A stretch of 64,000 bases of DNA, taken from Octopus sinensis (lineage: Eukaryota). The notes under the pieces were generated by a model. That model made no database searches. It was not told the DNA's origin and saw only the letters and a program-made list of their open reading frames with translations. Location of the stretch: assembly GCF_006345805.1 (NCBI RefSeq), contig NC_043024.1, positions 10,292,001-10,356,000 on the forward strand. Reading direction: 5' to 3'. Position numbers and translations under genes: made by a program. Positions 47,863 through 60,395 of the stretch are shown here, in pieces; positions within the stretch are counted from its first letter, which is position 1; every line of letters starts with the position of its first letter.

Positions 47863-48831
47863 TCGTGTATGTATGTATGTATATATGTATATATATCATC
47901 ATCATCATTTAGCGTCCGCTTTCCATGCTAGCATGGGTTGGACGGTTTAACTGGGGTCTGTGAAACCGGAAGGCTTCATCAGGCCCAGTCAGATCTGGCA
48001 GTGTTTCTACGGCTGGATGCCCTTCCTAACGCCAACCACTCCGTGAGTGTAGTGGGTGCTTTTTACGTGCCATCTGCACAGGTGCCAGACAGAGCTGGCA
48101 AACGGCCACAAACGGATGGTGTTTTTACGTGCCACCGGCACGGGGATCAGGCGAGGCTGGCAACAGACACGAGCGGATGGTGCTTTCACGTGCCACCGGC
48201 ACGGGGGCCAGGCGAGGCTGGATATATGTGTGTGTTGTATTATATATATATATATGTCCTAGTGTGGACATCCTAGTATGCAGTCCTGCAAATTATATTC
48301 ACCTTGGACGGTCGTACCAATGATCTACGGACAGTTACGTAAGTAAGATTACATAATTTGTTGATAGTGAAACATGTATGTGAATAATCCATATTTTTAT
48401 TGCTTTTTCTTTTGTCTTGCTCGATTACGTTTTGGTTGTTTTGCTAAATTTTTCTTGAGAACATCTCTTGGTGGTGAGACTGTAGCGGATCTATTTCTAA
48501 CATATGGGTGTCCACATGGTGGTTTCCCTCTAATATATATATATATATATAATACAGTTTTACTGAACCTTCAGTTTTTTTATATGCTAGACTGCTGGTG
48601 TGAAATCGATGTTAATTAAATTAATATCTAATTTCTCACCCTTATTTTAATTTTAAAATTATATATATGGCGGTGCCCCAGCCTGGCCACAGCTCATGAG
48701 CTGAAACTAGATAAAATAAAAAAATATGTGTTGGGTTGGTGCATAATTATTGCAGCTTTTTTTCAAGAAGAAATCGCTTTTGTTTATATTTTTTCATGAA
48801 TTTGTTTTTGTTGTCTTTTTCTCTCTTCCAG

Positions 48832-48964
48832 AACAAACAGTGCCCCAGCTGCAGCATTTAGTGGCAGCATGCAGCTAATGGCTGGGGTCAAACTGTGTAC
48901 GGGAAGAGCAATTACCAACCATCCACATTACGAACACAAGTTGCTTCGCCAGAAAACCAAAATG
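48832..48964 (+). CDS. DPY19L3: DPY19L3 exon 15 (AFSGSMQLMAGVKLCTGRAITNHPHYE...)
   Basis: Highly conserved DPY19 luminal motif; phase 2 to 0. Confidence 0.97.
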
Positions 48965-50429
48965 GTAAGATCTGTTCCTTTGCCCGCTCCTTCCTCTCCT
49001 CTTACTCTCCTCTCCTTTGCCCCTCAATCCTCCACCTCCTCTCCTCTGACTCTCTTCCTCCACTCCTCTCCTTTGCCCCTCAATCCTCCACCTCCTCTCC
49101 TCTGACTCTCTTCCTCCACTCCTCTCCTTTGCCCCTCCTTCCTCCTCTCTACTCCTCTGACTCTCCTCCTCCACTCCTCTCCTTTGCCCTCCTTCCTCAA
49201 CTCCTCTCCTCTGACTTCTCCTCCGTCCACTCCTCTCCTCTTCCACCTCCTCTTCCTGGCACTGGGGGCACCAATGCTACTGTCTATGGATTTAGCTGGA
49301 TTTGAACCAAGAACTTGTCCGCATCCAAGAATAAAGTATTAAATGATGACGAAAGATCAAATTGCTTGAAGCAGAGAGCAAAGTAGATCTAAATCTATCG
49401 TTCAACATTTGCTTGTTTCAGTCATTCGACTGCAGCCATGCTGGAGCACCACCTCCAAGAGTTTTTGTCAAACAGATTCACCCAAGAGCTTTTTTTTTCT
49501 AAGCCGATTCTGATTTTACGATTCTGATGATTTCGCTTATGTATACCCATCATCATCATCTTCGTTTAACGTCCGCTTTCCATGCTAGCATGGGTTGGAT
49601 GGTTCGACTGGGGTCTGGGAAGCCAGGAGGCTGCACCAGGCTTTCAATCTTGATCTGGGCAGAGTTTCTACAGCTGGATGCCCTTCCTAGCGCCAACCAC
49701 TCCATGAGTGTAGTGGGTGCTTTTTATATGCCAGTGGCACGGGTGCCATTTGCATGACACTGGGATGCGTTTATGTGCCTCCCGGCATGGGTGCCAATTA
49801 GTGTGACACCAGTATCTGCCATGACTGCGATTTTGCTTGGCTTGATGGGTCTTCCTCTGAAACACAACATAATACCAAAGCTCTTGGTCATAGCCTCAAT
49901 GAGGCCCAATACTCATATATATATATATATATCATCATCATCGTTTAACGTCCGCTTTCCATGCTAGCATGGGTTAGACAGCTCGACTGGGGTCTGGGCA
50001 GCCAGGAGGCTGCACCAGGCTCCAGTCTGATCTGGGCAGAGTTTCTACAGCTGGATGCCCTTCCTAACGCCAACCACTCTGAGAGTGTAGTGGGTGCTTT
50101 TACGTGCCACTGGCATGAGGGCCAGTCAGGCAGTACTGGCAATGGCCACGCCCAAATGGTGCTTTTTATGTGCCACGTGCACAGGAGCCAGTCCAGCGGC
50201 ACTGGCAATGACCTCGCTTGAATGTTTTTTCACGTGCTAGTAAGGCAACACAGGTAACCATCACACTCGAATGGTGTTTTTAATGTGCCATTAGCACAGA
50301 GGTCAGCTTGTTGCTCTGGCAACGATCTCACTCGTATGGTACTCTTAGCGCTCCACTGGCACAGATGCCAAATCATTTCAGATTTTTAATCTTTGCTTAC
50401 ATTTTTTTTCTTTCATTTTTTCCTACAAG

Positions 50430-50585
50430 ATTTACCAAATCTATGGCCGGAAACCTCCAGAAGAGATCTACAAAATCCTGACGCATTATAAAACCACTCA
50501 CATAATCCTCGAAGACAGTATATGCCTGGCGCCATCAAGGAACGGATGTCGCACACCAGACTTGATTGATGTTGTGAACGGAGAG
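50430..50585 (+). CDS. DPY19L3: DPY19L3 exon 16 (IYQIYGRKPPEEIYKIL...ILEDSIC...GCRTPDLIDVVNGE)
   Basis: Motif match; phase 0 to 0. Confidence 0.96.
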
Positions 50586-52661
50586 GTAAGGCTTTATGAA
50601 TTGTTGCCTTACAGGTGCTGCCGCATTGCCACCTCCTCCATGACCACCACCACTGCCACTTTATGGGAAATTGCAGAAGTCTCTAATTTCCCATAAAGTG
50701 TCAATGGTGGTGGTCATGAACGGAGGCAATACAGCAGCACCTGTTTTATATTTTTTAATATTTTTTTTTACTTGTTTCAGTCATTAGACTGTGGCCATGA
50801 TGGGGCACTGTGTTGGAGAATTTTTTAGTCAAAGGACTTCACCCCTAAGTGCTTAATTTTTTGACCTGGTACTTATTCTGTCAGCCTCTTTTGCTGAACT
50901 GCTAAGTTACAGGGGCATGAACCATACAACACCAGTTGTCAAGTGGTGGGGAAAGACAAATGCAGATATACACACACACATACACACAAGGCTTTGGTTG
51001 GCCCAAGGCTATAGTAGAGGACACTTGACTAAGGTGTCATGCAGTGGGAATGAACCTAAAACCTTATGGTTGAGAAGCAAGTTTCTGCTAGACCTGCGCA
51101 GGAGTGGCTGTGTGGTAAGTAGCTTGTTTACCAAACACATGGTTCTGGGTTCAGTCCAACTGCGTGGCACCTTGGGCAAGTGTCTTCTACTATAGCCTCG
51201 GGCCGACCAATGCCTTGTGAGTGGATTTGGTAGATGGAAACTGAAAAAAGCCCGTCGTATATATGTATATATGTGTGCATGTGTGTGTTTGTCCCCCCAA
51301 CATCGCTTGACAACCGATGCTGGTGTGTTTATGTCCCCGTTACTTAGCGGTTCGGCAAAAGAGACCGATAGAATAAGTACTGGGCTTACAAAAGAATACG
51401 TCCTGGGGTCGAGTTGCTCGATTAAAGGCGGCGCTCCAGCATGGCCGCAGTCAAATGACTGAAACAAGTAAAAGAGTATATATGTGTGTATATAAATATA
51501 CATAAGCGCAAGTGAGACCATAACCTTGTGGCCTATGCCAGGGGTGTAACAAGTCCACTTATGCGTGTCTTTCCTTCATTGGACACTACACTCTGCTTGC
51601 GAAGACCTGTTGAGGCAAGTGAAATCAAAATCAAATTCGATGACTGGTATCCATGCTAGTGGAGCGCTAAGAGCACCATCTGAGCGTGATCGTTGCCAGA
51701 GCAGCTGACTGGCTTCCGTGCCGGTGGCATGTAAAAAGCACCATTCGAGCATGATCATTACCAGTGTCGCCTTACTGGCACTTATGCCGGTGGCACGAGA
51801 AAAAAAACATTTGAGCGAGGTCATTGCCAGTGCCGCTGGGCTGGCTCCTGTGCAGGTGGCACGTAAAAAACACCATTTGAGTGCGGCCATTGCCAGTACC
51901 GCCTGACTAGCCCTTGTGCCGGTGGCATGTAAAAGCACCACTACACTCTTGGAGTGGTTGGCGTTAGGAAGGGCATCCAGCTGTAGAAACTCTGCCAGAT
52001 CAAGATTGGAGCATGGTGCATCCATCTGGTTCGCCAGTCCTCAGTCAAATCGTCCAACTCATGCTAACATGGAAAGCAGACGTTAAACGGTGATGATTAT
52101 ATTCAGTATAAAAAAAAATATGACTAGATAGTCATAGGTGCAGGAGTGGCTGTGTGGTAAGTAGCTTGCTTACCAACCACATGTTTCCGGGTTCAGTCCC
52201 ACTGCGTGGGATCTTGGGCAAGTTTCTTCTAATATAGCCTCAGGCCAACCAAAGGCTTGTGAGTGGATTTGATAGACGGAAACTGAAAGAAGCCCATTAT
52301 ATATATGTATATATGTGTGTGTATGTGTTTGTCCCACCAACATCACTTGACAACCGATGTTGGTGTGTTTACGTCCCCGTAACTTAGCAGTTCGGCAAAA
52401 GAGACAGATAGAGTAAGTACTAGGCTTACAAAGAATAAGTCCCGGGGTCGATTTGCTCGACTAAAAGGTGGTGCTCCAGCATGGCCCCAGTCAAATGACT
52501 GAAACAAGTAAAGGAGCAGGTGCTCATGGTAAGAAAACATTTGATAATGTCTCTGATAGGAACAGCGAACCCATGGCTAAATTACAACAACAGTTCCAAA
52601 AACCAGCCTTAATTTCCAACCTATAAAACCCCCTTTTTTTTTCTTCTGTTTTTCTCTGCAG

Positions 52662-52811
52662 CTCCCTGATGATGTCAGCCACAGAAATGGATTGGTGAGG
52701 AACAAACACCCAAGGTTTTGCGACGAGATCCGGAAGGGTGCCAAGCGTTATACCAAATACTTCCGACTGGTCTTTGAAAACAGGACATTCCGGGTCTATC
52801 AGTTGCTTTAA
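52662..52811 (+). CDS. DPY19L3: DPY19L3 terminal exon 17 (LPDDV...HPRFCDEIRK...FRLVFENRTFRVYQLL*)
   Basis: PRFC and F..VF.N.TF.VY motifs; TAA stop; shared exons total 1890 nt, in frame. Confidence 0.96.
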   Translation, partial: LPDDVSHRNGLVRNKHPRFCDEIRKGAKRYTKYFRLVFENRTFRVYQLL

Positions 52812-54540
52812 CGGTTAGATGTGTAGCTGCGTGTGTAAGTATATTTGAGTGTGTATGTATGTGTGTGTGAGGGCTATGATGTGTGTGTGTGTGTGTGGGA
52901 AGTATATTTGAGTGTGTATGTGTTTGTATGTATATGTATGTACTTATAATGTATGTCTATATAGGTGTGTCTATGCATGCATGTATGTATGTATATATAA
53001 ATGTATATGTATGTATATATATTTGTATATGTGTGTGTATGTATATATGTAATATATATATATGTGTGTGTATATAGGTGAGAGAGTTGGTGTGTGAAAG
53101 CACATGGTTTGATGTATAAAAATTTTTTAAAAGAGTGTAAAAACTACAGAAGGCTTGTGTTATAAGGTTAAGGAATATATTTAAGTTGTTATGTTAGAAA
53201 ATTTTGTGTAAAAACTGTTACTATACACAAAATTTTCTTACATAATGACTTAAATATATTCTTTAACCTTATAACACAAACCTTCTGTAGTTTTTTCACA
53301 TTTTTTAATTTTATATATATATTACAGAGATGTACTTGCATAGCAAGTGACTTGATCTGAGATCGTGTGCTGGAACGAAAACAATTGCAGCGTGGAAGTT
53401 GTTTATAAGCCATTTAAGAAACACAAAAACCGTTAGATTCACTTCAACATTTAAGTTTAATTTGTCAAAATATTTTCGTCACTTTGAGACCGCGAAATAA
53501 CTGTTACTTTCTCAGATGCAGCACAAAGTTTTGTCAGTGAACAGGTCGCGGTCTCAAAGTGACAAGAATATTTTGACAAATTAAATTTAAATGTTGAAGT
53601 GAATCTAACGGTTTTTGTGTGTTTCTTAAATGGCTTACAAACACCTTCCACGCTGCAATTGTTATATATATATATGAGAGAGGACTAATATGTTTTCTAT
53701 GTTGAGTATATCTACTTCTCACCTATTGTCCACACACACACATTTATTTATATATATATATATATATGTACAACCTAAATGAGACAAAGAATGAATCTAG
53801 CTCATCTTTATTATTAGTTACAAATTTTTGTCAGTATGGCCCCCCATTTCTTGTGCCATTGCATGCAAATGATTTCATGGTGGAAAGTCATACAATGTTT
53901 CCCGTTGACTTCATTGGAAAGGCACTTCATCAGATTGGCATCAAAAGGTGCTTTCTTTCTTACATTGTACATGAAGAGGTACACTCTTACTTTCTTATAT
54001 GCATTTATCTATAATATATATATATATGTGTGTATGTGTCTGTAGTTGATGTTGTTGGTCAACTTGTTGAAAAAACTATTTACAGGGGAACTCTTATGTA
54101 GAGTGAAATTTTGATGAGGTTCATATTTGACTGGGACCTCAGATTTCCATTTTAATGGTTTATGCAGCCAGTAATTCTATATATATATATATATGTATAT
54201 GCATGATATATATGTATGTATATGTGTATATATGTATGTACATATATGTGTATGTATATATATATGTATGTATATGTGTATATATGTATGTACATGTGTA
54301 TATATATATATATGTGTATGTATATATATATATGTGTGTATGTATGTATATATATGTGTGTATGTATGTATATATGTGTGTGTATGTATATATATGTGTG
54401 TATGTATGTATATATATGTGTGTATGTATGTATATATATGTGTGTATGTATGTATATATATATGTGTGTATGTATGTATATATATGTGTGTATGTATGTA
54501 TATGTATGTATGTATGTATATATATGTGTGTATGTATATA

Positions 54541-54576
<36 letters not shown>

Positions 54577-54768
54577 TATATATGTATATGTATGTATGTA
54601 TGTATATGTATGTATGTATGTATATGTATGTATGTATATGTATATAATGTATGTATGTATATATATATATATGTATGTATATATATATATGTATGTAATA
54701 TATATATATGTATGTATATATATATATATATTATGTATATATATATATATGTATGTATGTATATATAT

Positions 54769-54800
<32 letters not shown>

Positions 54801-54830
54801 TATATGTATGTATATATGTATGTACATGTG

Positions 54831-54863
<33 letters not shown>

Positions 54864-56307
54864 GTATATATATTATATATGTATGTATATATATATATAT
54901 ATATGTATGTATGCATATATATATGTATGTATGTATATATGTATGCATATATATATGTATGTATGTATATATGTATGCATATATATGTGTATGTTTTGTA
55001 TGTATAAATATCTAAGAATGAGCGACCAATGCAGTGTTGGTGGGTAAAGATTCTTTGTGTATTAAGGATACCATTGGTTTCATGTTAAGACAATATCTCA
55101 ACAATTCTCAAGCCGATCGCATAAAAAAATTGGTGTTCATCAATTTTCAGCCGGTTTCTTGGAGACAAGGCATGTAAAAACCTGCCTAGACAAGTTTTCA
55201 GTGTATGTGTGTATATATATATTCTTTTACTTGTTTGTCATGTGACTGTGGCCATGTTGGAGCACCGCCTTTAGTCGAACAAATCAACCCCAAGACTTAT
55301 TTTTTATAAGCCTAGTACTTATTCTATCAGTATCTTTTTACTAAACTGCTAAATTACAGGGGGCATAAACACACCAACATCAATTAGTGTATGACAAAAA
55401 GCAGGAGTTACGTTCTCATTAGTTAGTTTTACAAGCAGTGCTCTTAGAGCCAAATTATTGTCTAATATCCTACACACACAGACATTTTTCTTGTTTTTGT
55501 TTCATTATCTCTCTATTCCACCCCCCCTCAATCTTTACTAATACACCTGCTCTTGTTGTTGCCTCACCTGTCGTTGTCTTCCGTAAATCTAAACTAAATA
55601 CATATAATGTCGAACAAATTCTGTTAATCTGCATCAGTCATTTCTCTTGTAGTCACTCTTGATGCTATGGATGTACTCCTGGATGAAGAACTCAGAGTTT
55701 TAGGTTCAAATTCATTTGAGCGCCAACAACTCTAGGTTTTCTAGACCAGGCTTCTGTATAGAAATAGGTGTGCATATTACGTCTGGCTTAATGCATCCCT
55801 TCCTAGGTTTGATCTCAGCCAATTTCTACCAAAGAAGAATGGGGTGGGACTCAAACTGCAAAGAGCAAGAACAAAGTACCTCGAGGTAGTCTTATCCCAT
55901 ATTCTAACAACTTAGCTAATTCACTGTTCATGAAACATCTTTAGTAAAAACTAGTTAAAAATAATAATAAAAGTAAAAGTAAACCACTGGACATTAATGT
56001 CTAAAGTCACGGACCCATAGGGGCCGGTTACACGGTTTCCGTAAGTGACCCAAGATCACGACATTCCATCTGAATGTGAGGTCAGTCTTGTCAAAGGGGT
56101 TACTCATTTTAGTAACGTCAAATGAAGAACTTTGCTCAAAAACACAATACACTGCCTGACCTAGGAATTGAAACCATGATCTTGCAAGTGTGAGTGCAAC
56201 AACCTAAACCACAAGGCCACACGCCTTGTTGGTAAACACTTAAAAACTATAACTCAGTTTTCAATTTTGTGTGTGTGTATATGTGTATATATATACATAT
56301 ATACACA

Positions 56308-57772
56308 GGGTTATTCAAAAAGAATGAAGCGATTTCATTATGCAATATTTCAATAAGGAAAAGCAATAAAGGACTCCAGCTGAGTCCCAAGTATTTACTC
56401 CCAATCATCTTTTATTTCCTGTCTCACAAGTGTTCAATGTGGCCACCACCTGCAACACGGGCAACATCGATGCGATGAGAAAATTCCTCCCAGATGCATA
56501 TCAGCATATCACGAGCCACTGAGTTGATCGCTGTTTAACCCTTTCGTTACCACCCCGGCTGAAACCACCTCTGGCTCTGTAGTACAAATGTCTTGTTTTC
56601 ATAAGTTTTGAATTAAAGTCTTCCACCAAACCTTAGTCACAATTTATGTTCCTAACACTAGCTTAATGATTACTAAGTTATTTTACTAAATTCTTTGTTA
56701 TATTTAAAGTAATTGAAAGAAAGAGCACCTCAACAGAAATATGGTAACAAAAGGGTTAAAATATATAATAGAGAAACAATTCTTAACCCTTTTGATACCA
56801 ACCCGGCTGAAACCGGCTCTGGCTCTGTAGTACAAATGTCTTGTTTTCATAAGTTTTGAATTAAAATCTTCCACCAAACCTTAGTCACAATTTATGTTCC
56901 TAACACTAGCTTAATGATAACTAAGTTATTTTACTAAATTCTTTGTTATATTTAAAATAATTGAAAGAAATACAGAGCATCTCAACAGAAATATGGTAAC
57001 AAAAGGGTTAAAATATATAATAGAGAAACAATTCTTAACCCTTTTGATACCAACCTGGCTGAAACCACCTCTGGCTCTGTAGTACAAATGTCTTGTTTTC
57101 ATAAGTTTTAAATTAAAATCTTCCATCAAACCTTAGTCACAGTTTATGTTCCTAACACTAGCTTAATGATAACGAAGTTATTTTACTAAATTCTTTGTTA
57201 TATTTAAAATTAATTGGGAGAAACACTCAACATGTCAAAATAAATACAGTAATGAAAGGGTTAAGGCCATTGAGGTTAGTGGGTTGCAGTGGAACATAAA
57301 AGCAATCTTTTACCTGAACCCGGAACAATGTGGTTGGTAAATAAGTAGCTTGTTTACCAACCACATGGTTCCGGGTTCTGTCTCACTGCGTGGCACCTTG
57401 GGCAAGTATCTTCTACTATAGCCTCGGGCCGACCAAAGTGGATTTGGTAGACGGAAACTGAATGAAGCCCGTACATAGTCCAACCCATGCTAGCATGGAA
57501 AGCAGACGCTAAATGATGATGATGATGATGATCCCTACAAGAAAACATCACACAACAGCCATCAACTCAATGGGTCGTGATATGCTGGTACATATCTGGG
57601 TGGAATTCTCTTATCACATTGATGTTGCCCATGTTGCAGGTGGTGGCCACATCGAACACTTGTTGCAAGACAAGAAATAAAAGTTGATTGTCAGTAAATA
57701 CTTGTGAGTTGACTGGATTTTTCTGTTGCTTTTCTTTATTGAAAATCAGTTCATTCTTCTTGAACAACCCTG
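56308..57772. mobile_element. Tc1/mariner-derived composite made of two transposase 3' ends facing outward
   Basis: Termini cagggttattcaaaaagaatgaa / ttcattcttcttgaacaaccctg; each arm encodes ML..IW.EFS..IDVA.VAGGGHIEHL. Confidence 0.75.
56535..57264 (+). mobile_element. Three head-to-tail piggyBac-like MITEs with 23-bp spacers
   Basis: TTAA at 56535, 56756, 56783, 57008, 57035 and 57261, with CCCTTT/AAAGGG ends. Confidence 0.85.
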
Positions 57773-59544
57773 TGTCTATAATATCCATGTCTGTGTATAA
57801 ACAATTAGTCGATGGTTAAGAGAAAAATTTTTGAAAAAGTAAACAAATTCAATGGTATCTTTTTTTTTTTTTTTTCAATTCTTCAATGAAATAAAATTAA
57901 TATTTTACAAAAAAAAAAAAATTCTTGTTCAGTCCTTTTTCTCTTCCAGAGGAAGGGGTTTATGCTTTTATCCTTTGCAGACCTCCTCCAAGACTTCCAG
58001 TGTGTCCGATGCAGTAGAAGTTCTTGAACAATAACAGTGGGAGAGGGACATAGGCAGTGAAGTGAAATGCCAGGAAGGTGGAAGGATTGAGAAAAAGGGT
58101 TCTAGGGAGGAAGATCAGTGCATGTTCAAGTGGAAGGGTTTCCACACTGTGCCCATCGATCCAATTTCAGTTACAAGGTTTGGAGCAAGACCCATGGGTT
58201 ATTTAATGGTCAGTACAAGACATTTGTCAAACGTGCTGCGTACAGTGGAACATAACCAGAGATTTGCTTGCAATGCAGACTTCGTAACCGTTCAGCTACA
58301 CACGTCCATCATTAATTGTTCAGTCCTCAGTCAGTGGCAGTGTTGTGTCTGTAGCCAAGGCACTAAACTATTGGTGGAAACCACAGTGATAAGTATTTCC
58401 TTGAGTTGCGGAGCTACATAGCTGTTACTTAGCCCTGAGTTAGCCATGATCAAGCAAATCAATATTCTCAGTCAGGATTCATCATCATTTAATGTCCTCT
58501 TTCCATGCTGGCATGGGTTGGAGGGCTTAATAGGAGCTGACCAGGAAGAAGCTTGCACCATACTTCAGTGGGATTGAACCCGGAACCATGTGGTTCGTAA
58601 GCAAGCTACTTACCACCCAGCCACTCCTGCGCCTATATATATATATATATATATATATATAATGGAAGAGGTTTTTTTTTATGGCTGGATGCCCCTCCTA
58701 ACACCAACTACCCTGTAGAATGGGCTGAGTGGTTTTTACATGGCACCCACATAGGCAAGGGTCAGTTTTGGCAAGGTTCTTACAGCTGGATGCCAACCCC
58801 GTAACAGAGTTCACTGGATGCTTTTGAAGTGGCACCTGCATTGGCAGGGTCACCTGGTAACTTTGTAAGATAAAGTTACTCGGTCACCCTCCTAACCTCA
58901 AATACTTGCAACAGGGTTATATTCAGCTAAAAAGCCCCCTGCCCAGGGGGTGGGGGTGCTAAACTAACCAAAAGATGAAATCAACCTCCTCCCATTACGT
59001 ATCATTGGCCTCAATACCCCATCACTGTATGTATCAGGTTTTGAACTTGGGGACTAGATTTTGAAAGGTTTTCATTTTTAAACCATAATTCAAATGTATC
59101 TTGTATCTTTTCTGTTACTTGTTTCAGTTACTTGTGGCCATGCTGGGGCACTGCTTTGAAGAGTTTAATCAAACAAGTCGACCCCAGTACATATTTTTGT
59201 TTTTAGTTTCAATTTACCAAGTCACTGAGTTATATGGATGTAAATAAACCAACACCAGCTGTCACGCAATAAGGTATTGGACAGACACACACATATATAC
59301 ACACTGAGCAGGTATCCACAGACTTTCTGTCTACCAAATTCACTCACAAGGCATTGGTCAGCTTGGGGCTATAGCAAGGAAAGAGAAAAACACTTGCCCA
59401 AGGTGCTGTGCAATAGAACTGAACCTGCAACTACTTGGTTGCAAAGCAAGCTGCTTAACCACACAGCCAGACCTGCATCTATAATAAGAATGCAAGACAT
59501 TCTCCTCACCCATTGCTAGGTCAGGGAGCAAGGGGACAAATCCC

Positions 59545-60100
59545 ATCACACACCCCACTCATCCACCCTCAACAAAACCCTATAACATGTGCACACCCCA
59601 TTCATCCACCCTCAACAAAACCCTATAACATGCACACACCCCATTCATCCACCCTCAACAAAACCCTATAACATGCACACCCCATTCGTCCACCTCAACA
59701 AAACCCTATAACATGCACACACCCCATTCGTCCACCCTCAACAAAACCCTATAACATGCACACACCCCATTCGTCCACCCTCAACAAAACCCTATAACAG
59801 GCACACCCCACTCGTCCACCCTATCAATAGACAAACCTTATAATATGCACACACCCCATTCGTCCACCCTCAACAAAACCCTATAACAGGCACACCCCAC
59901 TCGTCCACCCTATCAATAGACAAACCTTATAATATGCACACACCCCATTTGTCCACCCTCAACAAAACCCTATAACACGTCCACACCCCACTCGTCCACC
60001 CTATCAATAGACAAACCTTATAATATGCACACACCCCATTTGTCCACCCTCAACAAAACCCTATAACACGTCCACACCCCACTCGTCCACCCTATCAATA
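59545..60100. repeat. About 43-bp minisatellite, about 13 copies
   Basis: tataacatg recurs at 59581, 59624 and 59667; two variant units alternate distally. Confidence 0.92.
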
Positions 60101-60162
60101 CAGTGACTTCCCCCCCTTCCCATCCTGATACAAGTTCCTTCCTCTGGCCCCGACACCAACCC

Positions 60163-60395
60163 TTATCTAAGATTCGGCAAAGGAATCGTGTAGATGGATT
60201 CATTGTCGCCGCCACACAGTATGGTTTCCTCCTCGACGTCCAGCGAGTTTATGGAGAGGCAGTGGCTGCCCCCTTCCAGCAGGGATGTGATCTCGATCTT
60301 GTGTCGGTCAGATGCATTGAGGCTCCAAGGGTTGTTGGTTACTGACCCCAACAAACCAGAGTTACCGATGTCCATTGTCTTACGACTTGTTCCAC
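60163..60395 (-). CDS. NUP43: NUP43 terminal exon (...KIEITSLLEGGSHCLSINSLDVEEETILCGGDNESIYTIPLPNLR*)
   Basis: IEITSLL...SINSLDV...LCGxDxExIY matches the NUP43 C-terminus; tag acceptor; phase 1 matches the upstream exon. Confidence 0.9.

Noticed and set aside
55790-55915. Short open frame resembling a CR1/L2 C-terminus (LKLQRARTKYL)
   Set aside because: Too short and degenerate to support without a search.
57960-58420. Non-repetitive-looking segment with a 119-aa ORF (58062-58421)
   Set aside because: No recognisable homology and no consistent splice pair linking it to either gene; probably an old repeat.
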